A DNA stretch of 64,000 nt. It comes from Thermoguttaceae bacterium. Its GTDB lineage: Bacteria > Planctomycetota > Planctomycetia > Pirellulales > Thermoguttaceae. The translations under genes and the position numbers were made by a program. The DNA is taken from contig CAXXPV010000007.1 of assembly GCA_963675935.2 (NCBI GenBank), forward strand, positions 133,038 through 197,037, read 5' to 3'. Each line of letters opens with the position of its first letter. Position 1 is the first letter of the stretch. The notes beneath the pieces are model-generated. The model worked only from the letters and a program-made list of their open reading frames with translations. It was not told the DNA's origin and made no database searches. This document shows, one piece after another, positions 46,359-55,300 of the stretch.

Positions 46359-48245
46359 ATGATGAAACTATGCGGATTCATGCCGAAATGTTTATCCGGC
46401 GGGCTTGCCCGCCGCGTTTGGGATCGCCACTCCGCGCGGCGAGCAAGCTCGTCGGCTAAACGAGGCGATGCTGCGAACGCGAACCTGTGCATCCGCCTCG
46501 CCGCGGCGGCCGTCGCGCTGATCGCCGTGTTCGGTTTCGGCGCCGCCTCGCTTTGGGCGGCCGAAACGTGGTCGGCTTTCCCGCTAGACCCGAAGAATTA
46601 CCGAGGGCCGGGCTTCTATTTCAGCCTGCCTAAGATTCTCGCTTGTTTCCTCCTGTTCCTGCTTTGGGTCAAAACGACCGACTGGGTCAGCATCGATTGC
46701 CAGGAGATCAAGCTGGACTATCTGCGTTGGAACCCGATCGTCGCGGGAACTTTTTTCGTGGCGTTCATTTTGGTGTGGCTGATTCCCTCGTTTTGGATCG
46801 CGTTTCCGCTGCTGGTCGTCGCCTACGTCGCCCCACTGGCCGGTTATATTGTCTATCGAAACTCGAAGGTCGAGAACAACCAGCGTGTGCTTACGCCCGA
46901 ACATCTAAGGTATTGGTTCGCCACGAATTTGAACAAAATGGGCGCGAAGATCGAGGTGGAGAAGAAGGATCCGCACGAGGCCGGCCCTCCGATCAAGGTT
47001 TCCGCCCGAAGCGGCATCGACGAGCGGACTGACAGCGCCCGGCTTCTGTTGGCCCGCCAATCGCCGGGGCTGCTGACCGCGCGGGAGATTCTGGCCGATG
47101 GGCTGGCTGTTCGCGCGTCGGCCGTCATGCTCGATTTCGCGCAGCAAGGCGTGGCGGTTCGCACGATGATCGACGGCGTGTGGATCGCCCGCGAAGGTGT
47201 CGGCCGCGATGTCGGCGATCCCGCGATCGAGTCGCTCAAGTTGCTCTGCGGTCTGAATCCGCAGGACCGTCAGAGCCGTCAGACGGGCGGTTTTTCGGTC
47301 GAATACGAATCGAAGAGTTACGAAGCCACGCTCGTCTCGCAGGGCACTCCGACCGGCGAGCGCGCCCTGGTGCAATTCGTCGAGGGGAAGATTCCCCTGC
47401 GGTCGCTCGATGATTTGGGGATGCGAACGAAACTGCAAGAGCAGCTTCGCGAGGCCCTCAACAAGACGCAGGGTTTCGTTCTACTGTCGGCCATTCCCGG
47501 CGGTGGATTGCGCAGCACCTCAGACGCGGTGCTGCACACCTGCGACCGTTTCACTCGCGAGTTCGCCACCCTCGAAGAGGAAACCAGTCGTTACCAGGCG
47601 GTGGAGAACATCGCGCTGACAACCTACAAGGCGGCCGACGGCGTTTCGCCCATCGACGTGCTGCCGAAGTTCTTCCGCACCGAGCCGGACGTCGCGGTGG
47701 TTCGCGATCTGACCGACGGCGACATGGTGGAATTGCTGTGCGAGGAGATTCCCGACAACCGGCTGATCATCAGCACGATTCGCGCGAAGGACTGCGCGGA
47801 GGCGTTGTTGCGGGTGCTGGCCTTGGGTGTGCCGGCCGACACGCTGGCCAAGTCGGTCACGGCGGTGATGAATCAGCGGTTGGTCCGCAAGCTGTGCGAC
47901 TCGTGCAAGGAGGCCTACGCTCCGGCGCCGCAAATTTTGCAGCAATTGGGCATTCCCGAGGGACGGGTCCAGGCTTTTTACCGGCCGTTCCAGCCGAATC
48001 CCGAGGAGCCGAAGGAACCGTGCCAGGCTTGCGGCGCGATCGGCTACCTGGGCCGCACGGCGATTTTCGAGTTGCTGGTTGTCGGCGACGCGGTTCGCCA
48101 GGCGTTGACCACGAATCCCACGCTCGAATCCGTGCGTCAGGCCGCCCGGCGCGACGGCATGAAGACATTCCAGGAAGAGGGCGTTTTGTTGGTGGCGAAG
48201 GGCACGACTTCGCTGCCGGAGTTGATGAGAGTGTTGAAACAATAG
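46359..48245 (+). CDS. PilB/GspE-family paralog with N-terminal multi-TM domain and degenerate ATPase motifs (probable pseudo-ATPase)
   Basis: The C-terminal two thirds are collinear with GspE/PilB, including the tetracysteine CDSC...CQAC. The catalytic motifs are changed: Walker A is AIPGGGLRST, the Asp box TLEEETS, Walker B EPDVAVVRDLTD and the His box DNRLIISTIRA. The first 170 aa contain several hydrophobic helices. Confidence 0.7.
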   Translation: MMKLCGFMPKCLSGGLARRVWDRHSARRASSSAKRGDAANANLCIRLAAAAVALIAVFGFGAASLWAAETWSAFPLDPKNYRGPGFYFSLPKILACFLLFLLWVKTTDWVSIDCQEIKLDYLRWNPIVAGTFFVAFILVWLIPSFWIAFPLLVVAYVAPLAGYIVYRNSKVENNQRVLTPEHLRYWFATNLNKMGAKIEVEKKDPHEAGPPIKVSARSGIDERTDSARLLLARQSPGLLTAREILADGLAVRASAVMLDFAQQGVAVRTMIDGVWIAREGVGRDVGDPAIESLKLLCGLNPQDRQSRQTGGFSVEYESKSYEATLVSQGTPTGERALVQFVEGKIPLRSLDDLGMRTKLQEQLREALNKTQGFVLLSAIPGGGLRSTSDAVLHTCDRFTREFATLEEETSRYQAVENIALTTYKAADGVSPIDVLPKFFRTEPDVAVVRDLTDGDMVELLCEEIPDNRLIISTIRAKDCAEALLRVLALGVPADTLAKSVTAVMNQRLVRKLCDSCKEAYAPAPQILQQLGIPEGRVQAFYRPFQPNPEEPKEPCQACGAIGYLGRTAIFELLVVGDAVRQALTTNPTLESVRQAARRDGMKTFQEEGVLLVAKGTTSLPELMRVLKQ

Positions 48246-48248
48246 AGA

Positions 48249-48462
48249 GGGTCTTGGGTCTTGGGACTTGGGTCTTGGGACTTAGGTCTTGGGACTTGGG
48301 TCTTGGGACTTGGGTCTTGGGACTTAGGTCTTGGGACTTGGGTCTTGGGACTTGGGTCTTGGGACTTGGGTCTTGGGACTTGGTACGAAGCCCTAAGTCC
48401 TAAGCCCTAAGCCCTAAGCCCTAAGTCCCAAGTCCTAAGCCCTAAGTCCCAAATCCTAAGAC
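48249..48462. repeat. expanded 14-nt tandem repeat (GGGTCTTGGGACTT, about 9-10 units) folding back on an inverted arm (CCCTAAGTCCTAAG units); family 1
   Basis: The left arm 48249 to about 48385 is tandem gggtcttgggactt/aggtcttgggactt. The turn is near ggtacgaa, and the right arm 48391-48462 is the complementary repeat. It lies immediately after the stop at 48245. Confidence 0.85.
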
Positions 48463-48519
48463 GACTGTTTACATCCCCCAAATTCTTACATCCCCCCAAT
48501 TTTCAAATCCCTAGTCACC

Positions 48520-49128
48520 ATGACATTCATCCTCCCGCTTCTGATGATCCTGATTGTCTTCGCGTGCGTGGCAACGTGCTACACGGAGGGAATGTGGAGC
48601 AATGCGATTCGCCTGATCAACGTCGTGACCGCGGCGCTTTTGGCAATGAACTTTTTCGAGCCGGTCGCCCGGTGGCTCTATGATATGCAGCCGTCGTACA
48701 CCTACTTGTGGGATTTTCTTTCGCTCTGGGGGCTGTTCGGCATCTTCATGGTTATCTTCCGCGAGTTGACCAGCGCGCTATCGCGCGTACAGGTCCGGTT
48801 CCTGAAGGTCGCCGACCGGATCGGCAGCGGGCTGCTTTCCGTCTGGATTGGCTGGGTGCTGGTGTGTTTCACGATGACGACGCTGCACACGGCGCCGCTG
48901 GGCCGCAATTTCCTGTTCGAGGGTTTTCAGCCGGAGGAGCGGATGGTGATGGGATTGGGGCCCGATCGGCAGTGGCTGGGCTTCACGCAGAAAATGTCGA
49001 CGGGAGCCTTCAGTTGTTCCGAGCCCAACGAGTTCGACCCGAACGCGGAATTCATGCCGAAGTACGCCACGCGCCGAACCGATCTCGAAAAACACGTTGC
49101 GAGCTCGGACACGTTGCGAGTAAATTAA
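48520..49128 (+). CDS. CvpA-like integral membrane protein
   Basis: Four hydrophobic helices in the first 130 aa with a CvpA-like spacing. Weak assignment. Confidence 0.45.
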   Translation: MTFILPLLMILIVFACVATCYTEGMWSNAIRLINVVTAALLAMNFFEPVARWLYDMQPSYTYLWDFLSLWGLFGIFMVIFRELTSALSRVQVRFLKVADRIGSGLLSVWIGWVLVCFTMTTLHTAPLGRNFLFEGFQPEERMVMGLGPDRQWLGFTQKMSTGAFSCSEPNEFDPNAEFMPKYATRRTDLEKHVASSDTLRVN

Positions 49129-49132
49129 CACC

Positions 49133-49873
49133 ATGCGCCCCAGCGTACCCGACATTCACATCACCGACTCGCAAGACGCGGAATTCGCCGAGTATCGCGC
49201 CCTGCCCGGTCAGGCCGTCGTGGGCTTGATCTTCGGACTGTTGTCGCCGCTGGCGCTGGTCAGTCCGATGCTTTGGATCGTGCCCGTCGTGGGAGTGTTT
49301 TTCGGCGGCTGGGCGCTTCGCCGAATCCAGAAACATCCCGCGGAATACACCGGCCGGACGTTGGCCTGGGCGGGCTTGTCATTCTCGCTGCTGCTGGCCG
49401 CCGCGGCGCCGACCGATTGGCTGGTCTTTCGCCGGATGGTCCGCGACGAAGCCCGGCAGTTTTCGGCCCAGTGGTTCCACTATCTGGCCGACGACCGTCC
49501 GGCGCCGGAGAAGGCTTTTCAATTGACCCTGCCGCCCCAGTCACGCCAACCGCTTGGCGGTTCGCTCTGGGGCTACTATCGCGGCACGCCCAAGCAGCGT
49601 CAGGCGTTGGAAGGCTACGTACAAACGCCCCTGGTGCGCACGCTGCTGGCGCTCGGGCCGAAGGCCGTGGTGCGATTTTACGACACCATCGGCCAGGCGC
49701 ACGACGACAACGAAGATTTCGTCGAACAATGCTACGCCGTCACTTACGAGGAGGGCGGCGAGCTGAAGTCGTTCTTCGTGGGCGTGCAGATGCAACGGAC
49801 GAAGGTTTCCGACGGCGCGTCCGACTGGCGAGTCGTTCAGGCCGCCGGCGGCGTGAAACCCCAAGGATGGTGA
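49133..49873 (+). CDS. hypothetical membrane protein (two or three TM helices plus soluble C-terminal domain)
   Basis: AVVGLIFGLLSPLALVSPMLWIVPVVGVFFGGWAL and LAWAGLSFSLLLAAAAP. Coding-like composition; no family recognised. Confidence 0.5.
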   Translation: MRPSVPDIHITDSQDAEFAEYRALPGQAVVGLIFGLLSPLALVSPMLWIVPVVGVFFGGWALRRIQKHPAEYTGRTLAWAGLSFSLLLAAAAPTDWLVFRRMVRDEARQFSAQWFHYLADDRPAPEKAFQLTLPPQSRQPLGGSLWGYYRGTPKQRQALEGYVQTPLVRTLLALGPKAVVRFYDTIGQAHDDNEDFVEQCYAVTYEEGGELKSFFVGVQMQRTKVSDGASDWRVVQAAGGVKPQGW

Positions 49874-49879
49874 TTCGAG

Positions 49880-50599
49880 ATGTCCGACTACGTGGTCCGC
49901 TATGGAGCGATGCGGTTTTTGGGCGTATTTTCGGCCGCCGCCGGCCGGGAGTGCCGCCGTGGAATGCAGGTCATCGCGCGGACCGACCGCGGACTGGAGA
50001 CCGGCGAGGTGCTTTGCGAGGCCGTGCCCGACGCGGTCGGGCGAATCAAAGACCCCGGCGCCGGCCAAATTCTTCGCGAAATGACCGCCGACGACCGCAA
50101 CGAAGTCAAGCGGCTCGAACAGCAAGCCCGCGAACAGTTCGACATCTGCCGGCAGCACGTCGAGCGGCTCGGCCTGAACATGCAATTGGTCGAAATGGAG
50201 CACCTCTTCGGCGGCGAGCGGGTCGTGGTCTACTATCTGGCCGAGAGCCGGGTGGATTTCCGCGAGTTGGTCCGCGAGTTGGCCGGCGAGTTCCAAACCC
50301 GAATCGAGATGCGCCAGATCGGCGTGCGCGACGAGGCCAAGCTGCTGGCCGACTACGGCGACTGCGGCTGCCCGGTCTGCTGCAATACGCACCTGGCGCA
50401 GATGCCGCCGGTTTCAATGCGGATGGCGAAGCTTCAAAAAGCCACGCTCGATCCGACGAAAATATCGGGCCGCTGCGGCCGCTTGAAGTGCTGCCTCCGC
50501 TATGAATACGACGATTACGAGCAAATGGCGCAAGCGGAGAAAAATGTGCCGCCCGGCGCCGAAGCTCGAACGACAGACAACAAACCAATCGCCGAATAA
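49880..50599 (+). CDS. PSP1 C-terminal domain protein (RicT/YaaT-like)
   Basis: VVRYGAMRFLGVF..., EFQTRIEMRQIGVRDEAKLLADYGDCGCPVCC and GRCGRLKCCLRYE are typical of PSP1/YaaT. Confidence 0.8.
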   Translation: MSDYVVRYGAMRFLGVFSAAAGRECRRGMQVIARTDRGLETGEVLCEAVPDAVGRIKDPGAGQILREMTADDRNEVKRLEQQAREQFDICRQHVERLGLNMQLVEMEHLFGGERVVVYYLAESRVDFRELVRELAGEFQTRIEMRQIGVRDEAKLLADYGDCGCPVCCNTHLAQMPPVSMRMAKLQKATLDPTKISGRCGRLKCCLRYEYDDYEQMAQAEKNVPPGAEARTTDNKPIAE

Positions 50600-50613
50600 G
50601 ACGTACATCCTCC

Positions 50614-51042
50614 ATGCTTGACCCATCGCATCCGATCGCCCTGTTGTTGGAAGAAGATCGACGTTACACGTTCGAGGCTTACGTGTTCCTGTTCGAGGCA
50701 TTGAATTTCGCGCAGAATGTCTTGCGGATGGGGGCGGAAAGCCCGACGGAACCGCTGGCCGAAGATGAACCGCCGCCGGGCGAGGAACACCACGTCACCG
50801 GCCAGGAGCTTTGCGAGGCCATTCGCCTCTACGCGCTCGATCAATACGGCTACATGGCCAAAACGGTGTTGAACAGTTGGGGCATCCGCGGCACCGCCGA
50901 TTTCGGCGAGATCGTTTTTAATTTGATTCGCATCGGGCAGATGCGCAAAACGCCCTCCGACACGCTGGTCGATTTCGACGGCATCTACGACTTCGACGTG
51001 GCGTTCAAGCAGCAGTTCAAGATCGAGCCGGAGGAGGAGTGA
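50614..51042 (+). CDS. Minf_1886-like family protein
   Basis: YTFEAYVFLFEALNFAQ, HVTGQELCEAIRLYALDQYGYMAKTVLNSWGIRGTADFGEIVFNLI. Assigned from memory of the family pattern. Confidence 0.55.
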   Translation: MLDPSHPIALLLEEDRRYTFEAYVFLFEALNFAQNVLRMGAESPTEPLAEDEPPPGEEHHVTGQELCEAIRLYALDQYGYMAKTVLNSWGIRGTADFGEIVFNLIRIGQMRKTPSDTLVDFDGIYDFDVAFKQQFKIEPEEE

Positions 51043-51113
51043 GAGGCTAGGGGTTAGAAAGCCGCTTGCGGCTTCGCAAGAGAATTGTCGGTTTCTCAAT
51101 TTTCACTTTCACC

Positions 51114-51257
51114 ATGTCGCACCGCCTTCCGCACGTTTCGCCGCCCGATTCCGGTCCAACGATCGAGCCGCGTCGCCATCCCTGGCTGTTGGCGGCTACC
51201 GTCGTTCTGGAGATCGCGTGGATCGTCGTCATGGCCGCGCTGGTTATGGTGCGATGA
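51114..51257 (+). CDS. possible small single-TM protein
   Basis: 47 aa. The hydrophobic stretch WLLAATVVLEIAWIVVMAALVMV is the only support. Confidence 0.25.
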   Translation: MSHRLPHVSPPDSGPTIEPRRHPWLLAATVVLEIAWIVVMAALVMVR

Positions 51258-51262
51258 TCGTG

Positions 51263-51327
51263 CCGTACTCCCCACGCTCCGCGTGAGGAAACCGGCGGCT
51301 CGGCCTCACGCGAAGCGTGAGGAGTAC
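51263..51327. repeat. 25-bp-stem palindrome, REP-like (CGTACTCCYCACGCTYCGCGTGAGG family)
   Basis: cgtactccccacgctccgcgtgagg (51263-51287) pairs with cctcacgcgaagcgtgaggagtacg (51303-51327) with 2 mismatches. Each arm is also self-complementary. Confidence 0.8.
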
Positions 51328-51362
51328 GTATTGATTCGCTGATCCTAAAAAGGTGATCCGCC

Positions 51363-51989
51363 ATGAACGCTCGGAGCGACGGCACTTGGCGCGGCGCGAT
51401 CGAGCCCGGCTCCGTCTCCTCGACGCTTTTGGAACAAATCCGCGCCCGCCGGCCCGAGGCCTGGCGCCGCCTGGTCGATCTCTACGGCCCGGTCGTCTAT
51501 CGCTGGTGTCGGCAACTCGGCGTGGCGCGGGCCGACGCGGCCGACGTGGTCCAAGACGTGTTCGCCGCCGTGGCCGCCGGGTTGGATCGGTTTCGACGCG
51601 ACGGCCCGCAACACAGTTTTGGCGCATGGCTGCGCACCATCGCCCGGAGCAAGGTCGGCGATCATTTCCGACGCTGTCGCGGCCATCTCGGCGCGGAAGG
51701 CGGCACCGACGCCCAGCAGCGGTGGCTCAGTCTTCCGGAGTCGGCCGAGGAGTCCTCTTCGCGCGACGCCCGGCTCGACGTGGACTCGCGTTTCGTCCAT
51801 CGCGCGCTCGACGTGGTTCGGGCGGAGTTCGAGCCGCGCACGTGGGACGCTTTTTGGCGCGTGGTGGTCGATGGCCTTGCGCCGGGCGACGTGGCCGATG
51901 CGTTGGCGATGAGTCTTCCGGCGGTCTATCAGGCGAAATCCCGCGTGTTGCGCCGGCTTCGACGCGAATGGAACGACGCGGGCGAATGA
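51363..51989 (+). CDS. ECF-type RNA polymerase sigma factor (sigma-70 family)
   Basis: Region 2: WRRLVDLYGPVVYRWCRQLGVARADAADVVQDVFAAV...FGAWLRTIARSKVGDHFRR. Region 4: ALAMSLPAVYQAKSRVLRRLR. Confidence 0.85.
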   Translation: MNARSDGTWRGAIEPGSVSSTLLEQIRARRPEAWRRLVDLYGPVVYRWCRQLGVARADAADVVQDVFAAVAAGLDRFRRDGPQHSFGAWLRTIARSKVGDHFRRCRGHLGAEGGTDAQQRWLSLPESAEESSSRDARLDVDSRFVHRALDVVRAEFEPRTWDAFWRVVVDGLAPGDVADALAMSLPAVYQAKSRVLRRLRREWNDAGE

Positions 51990-52003
51990 GCCGCAAAAAT
52001 GTG

Positions 52004-52088
52004 ATTGTTCAGCCGGCGAACTTGTTCGCCGCGTTTTTCGTCGAGATCGTCGATTATTCGCAGCGAACAAGTTCGCCGGCTAAACAAT
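52004..52088. repeat. 26-bp-stem hairpin directly downstream of the sigma gene
   Basis: attgttcagccggcgaacttgttcgc (52004-52029) pairs with gcgaacaagttcgccggctaaacaat (52063-52088) with 1 mismatch; 33-nt loop. Confidence 0.8.
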
Positions 52089-52329
52089 GGTGGAAAATGG
52101 CAAAAATGCTGTCAGACGCCCGCGTTAGACATTATAGTGATCGCGTCAAAATAGCTTGACTATTTTTTGGAACACTAATCCCCACTAATTGTCACTAATA
52201 GAAAGAGAATTAGCGAAGATTAGCGAAGATTAGTGTTCCGGGTGTTGTTTTTGAGATGTTGTAAAAATTGATCAAGTTATTATGACGCATCATCCCGTCC
52301 ATCCGGTCGTAGGCTGAAAGGATAACGCC

Positions 52330-55300
52330 ATGCCGTCCGTGGAATGCCCGAAACGCGACGAACTACTCGATTATCTCGCCGGCAAAATGCCGGACGACGC
52401 CTCCGATTCGGTTGCCGAGCATCTGGAATCTTGCACGGAGTGCCAGGCGGAACTGGCCACGCTTTCGGATGTCGAGGACACGCTGGTGGCCCGACTTCGC
52501 GGGGCGAACGTCGCCGACCCGTTTTTGGACGAGTCGGAATGCGGGCGGGCGGTTCTTCAAGCCAAGGGGGGAAAAGGGGACAGTCCCCATTTGTGCGAAG
52601 CACCCGAAGGGCCGTTCCGGCAAATGGGGACTGTCCCCTTTTCCCCGGAACCGTCCGAAACGTCGCTGCCGGGCCAGCTTGGCGAATATCGCCCTATCGA
52701 ACGGCTCGGCGCCGGCGGCATGGGCGCGGTCTACCGTGCCCTACATAGCCGGCTCGACCGCGTCGTCGCCCTGAAGGTTTTGCCCCGGGCGCGAACCGAC
52801 GACCCGCGGGCCATCGTGCGTTTCGAGCGCGAAATGAAGGCCATCGGACGCCTCGACGATCCGCACATCGTTCGGGCTTACGACGCCCGCGAGATCGACG
52901 GCCGGCTCGTGCTGGTCATGGAATTTGTCGAAGGGCTGGACCTCGGCAAGATCGTCCGCCGGCTAGGCAGCGTTCCGGCAGCCGACGCCAGCGAGCTTGC
53001 CCGGCAGGCGGCGCTCGGGCTGCAGGCCGCCCACGAACACGGCATGGTCCACCGTGATGTAAAACCGTCGAACCTGATGCTGACGCCCGAGGGTGTTGTC
53101 AAGGTGCTCGATCTGGGCTTGGCGCGATTCCAACTTGTGCCGGACGGGGGACTGTCCCAATTTTCGCTGCCGCAGGACTCTCCTTTGCCGATTGACCCAG
53201 CCGCGAAAATGGGACTGTCCCCTTCCTCGCAGCATGACGCCCAGCGGGAAAAGGGGACAGGCACCGTCGCCGCAAACCTTATCGGCAGTGAAAACCAGAC
53301 CGGGCGACGGAGCCAGTCCCCTTTTCCCGACGACGAAGCGACCGACACGGGCCAGGCGATGGGCACGGCCGACTACATGGCCCCGGAGCAGGCGGCCGAC
53401 AGTCACGCGGTCGATATCCGGGCCGACGTTTACAGTCTCGGGGCCACGCTCTACAAGTTGCTTTCCGGCCATGCGCCGTTCGACGCGCCGGGCCAGCAGG
53501 GTACGTTCGAGAAGCTGCTGGCCCATCGTCAAACGCCGCTGCCGCCGATCCGTCGCTATTGTCCCGACATTCCGGCGGGCCTTGTCGCGGTGGTCGAGCG
53601 GATGCTATCGAAAGACCCGGCAGCCCGCTACGCGACGCCGCTTGAAGCGTCCGAGGCGCTCGCGCCGTTTTGCATCGGGGCCGATTTGCCGGCGTTGTTG
53701 CGCCGGGCGATGGAGGCGAAAGCGGAGATTGCCTCACCAAAACCGCTCGCGGTTTCGCAACGACGGAAGCCGCGTCTTTCTCATGCGATTGTTCTTCTTT
53801 TGGTCGGCGTCTTCTGCTTTGCCGCGGGCGTTTTGATTACGATCACGAAAGACGGAAAGCAGATGAGCGTTGAAGTCCCCTTGGAGAGTACCACACGGAT
53901 CGGCGCAGACAGGAAGGTTGACGTGACGTTGCCCGGCGAGACCAAACGTCCTGCTTCCACTGCGGCGACGATTGGCAAATCGCCACAAAACACCGCTCTC
54001 GAATTTGAAATTGCAAGAGTTGCCGCCGAATTGGCCGCGCAACAGGCGCTTCTGGAGAGCGTGGACAAGAACAAGCCGCCTCGCGATGAATACCTCGCCT
54101 TGATCGCAAACGATCCTATCGCGAAGCGACTGGATGCGGAAGTCGCATTGAAGAGAGCAGACTTGGAGGCCGAAAAGAATGCCGTTCCAAGTTCCAATAG
54201 CGAGATCAGCCCCATCGTCGAGCGCACTCGCAAGGAATTTCTAACGCTGAGCAAACTTTACGACGAACGTTGCCACGAGCTGGCGCAAAAGGCTCGCGAT
54301 AACGAGCGTTCGCGAATTACCAACGAAATTGTGAGGCTTGCGGCGGAGTTGACGAGTTTGCAGCAGCAAGAGAAACAACAACCGATTCCGCAAGCGGTGG
54401 CGTCTGCGACACGTTTACCGCCCGTGGTTACGGTTGCCCATCCAACGGTCCGCGAAATCACCGACCATTTCGACTGTGCCGGCCGCATCCAGCCGATCCA
54501 AACGGCGGAGGTTCGACCGCAGGCAAACGGCCGCCTGACGAAGGTTCATTTCCAGGTGGGCGCGATGGTGAAGAAGGGCGACGTGCTGATGGAAATGTCC
54601 TCGGCCGAAGCGACGCCGACTGCGAAAATCACCGCCCCGATCGACGGTCGGATCAGCCAAATTGTGCCGCTTACGATTGGAAAGCTCATTACGGCCGACA
54701 GCGAAGAGCCTTTGGCCACGATCGTTTCGCTCGATTCGGTGTATGTTTGTTTTCCCGTTGACCAGAACACGGTTTTGCAATTACGGCGCAAGATGAAGCC
54801 AAACGCGCCGCTTACGGTTTTGTGCGGCGCGGCGGCCAACAACGAAGATTTTCCTTACCAAGGCAAGGTCGAGTCGGTCGATGTGCCCGTGAGTCCCGAC
54901 ATCGGCGCGGCCCAATGGCGCGCCGCGATTGTCAACAAGGACGGTTCGCTGCTGCCGGGCATGTTTGTCCGCGTGCGGCTGCTTACGGGCGCGCCCCGCA
55001 AGGCGTTGCTGATTCCCATGCAGGCGGTTAGCCGAACGGATCGAGGAGAACCTTCCGTTTTTGTGGCGAAGCAAGTTGCCAATCCTGGTCAATATGGCGC
55101 ACACAACATCGTCGAACGCCGCATAGTCAAACTCGGACAAGCAGAAAAGAAGAATCTGTGGGTCGTGGAGGAAGGGCTGACTGAGGGCGATAGCGTCGTA
55201 GTGTCGAATTCGGAAAACTTGCGCCCTGACATGATTATCTCCCCGATGGAACAGCCACCCACCGGGCCTATTTTCCAATTCGGCCCGATTGCCGAGAAAT

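Noticed and set aside
48249-48462. Possible CRISPR array, because of many short regularly spaced repeats
   Set aside because: The 14-nt units are directly contiguous with no unique spacers. The second half is the reverse complement of the first, and no cas genes are nearby. It is a tandem-repeat hairpin, not CRISPR.
52156-52199. Annotating a definite promoter for the giant gene (TTGACT at 52156; GGAAC at 52169)
   Set aside because: Spacing to any -10-like hexamer is poor for sigma70, and the ECF-like GGAAC...GTC match is too degenerate to call. It is kept only as a speculative note in the findings.
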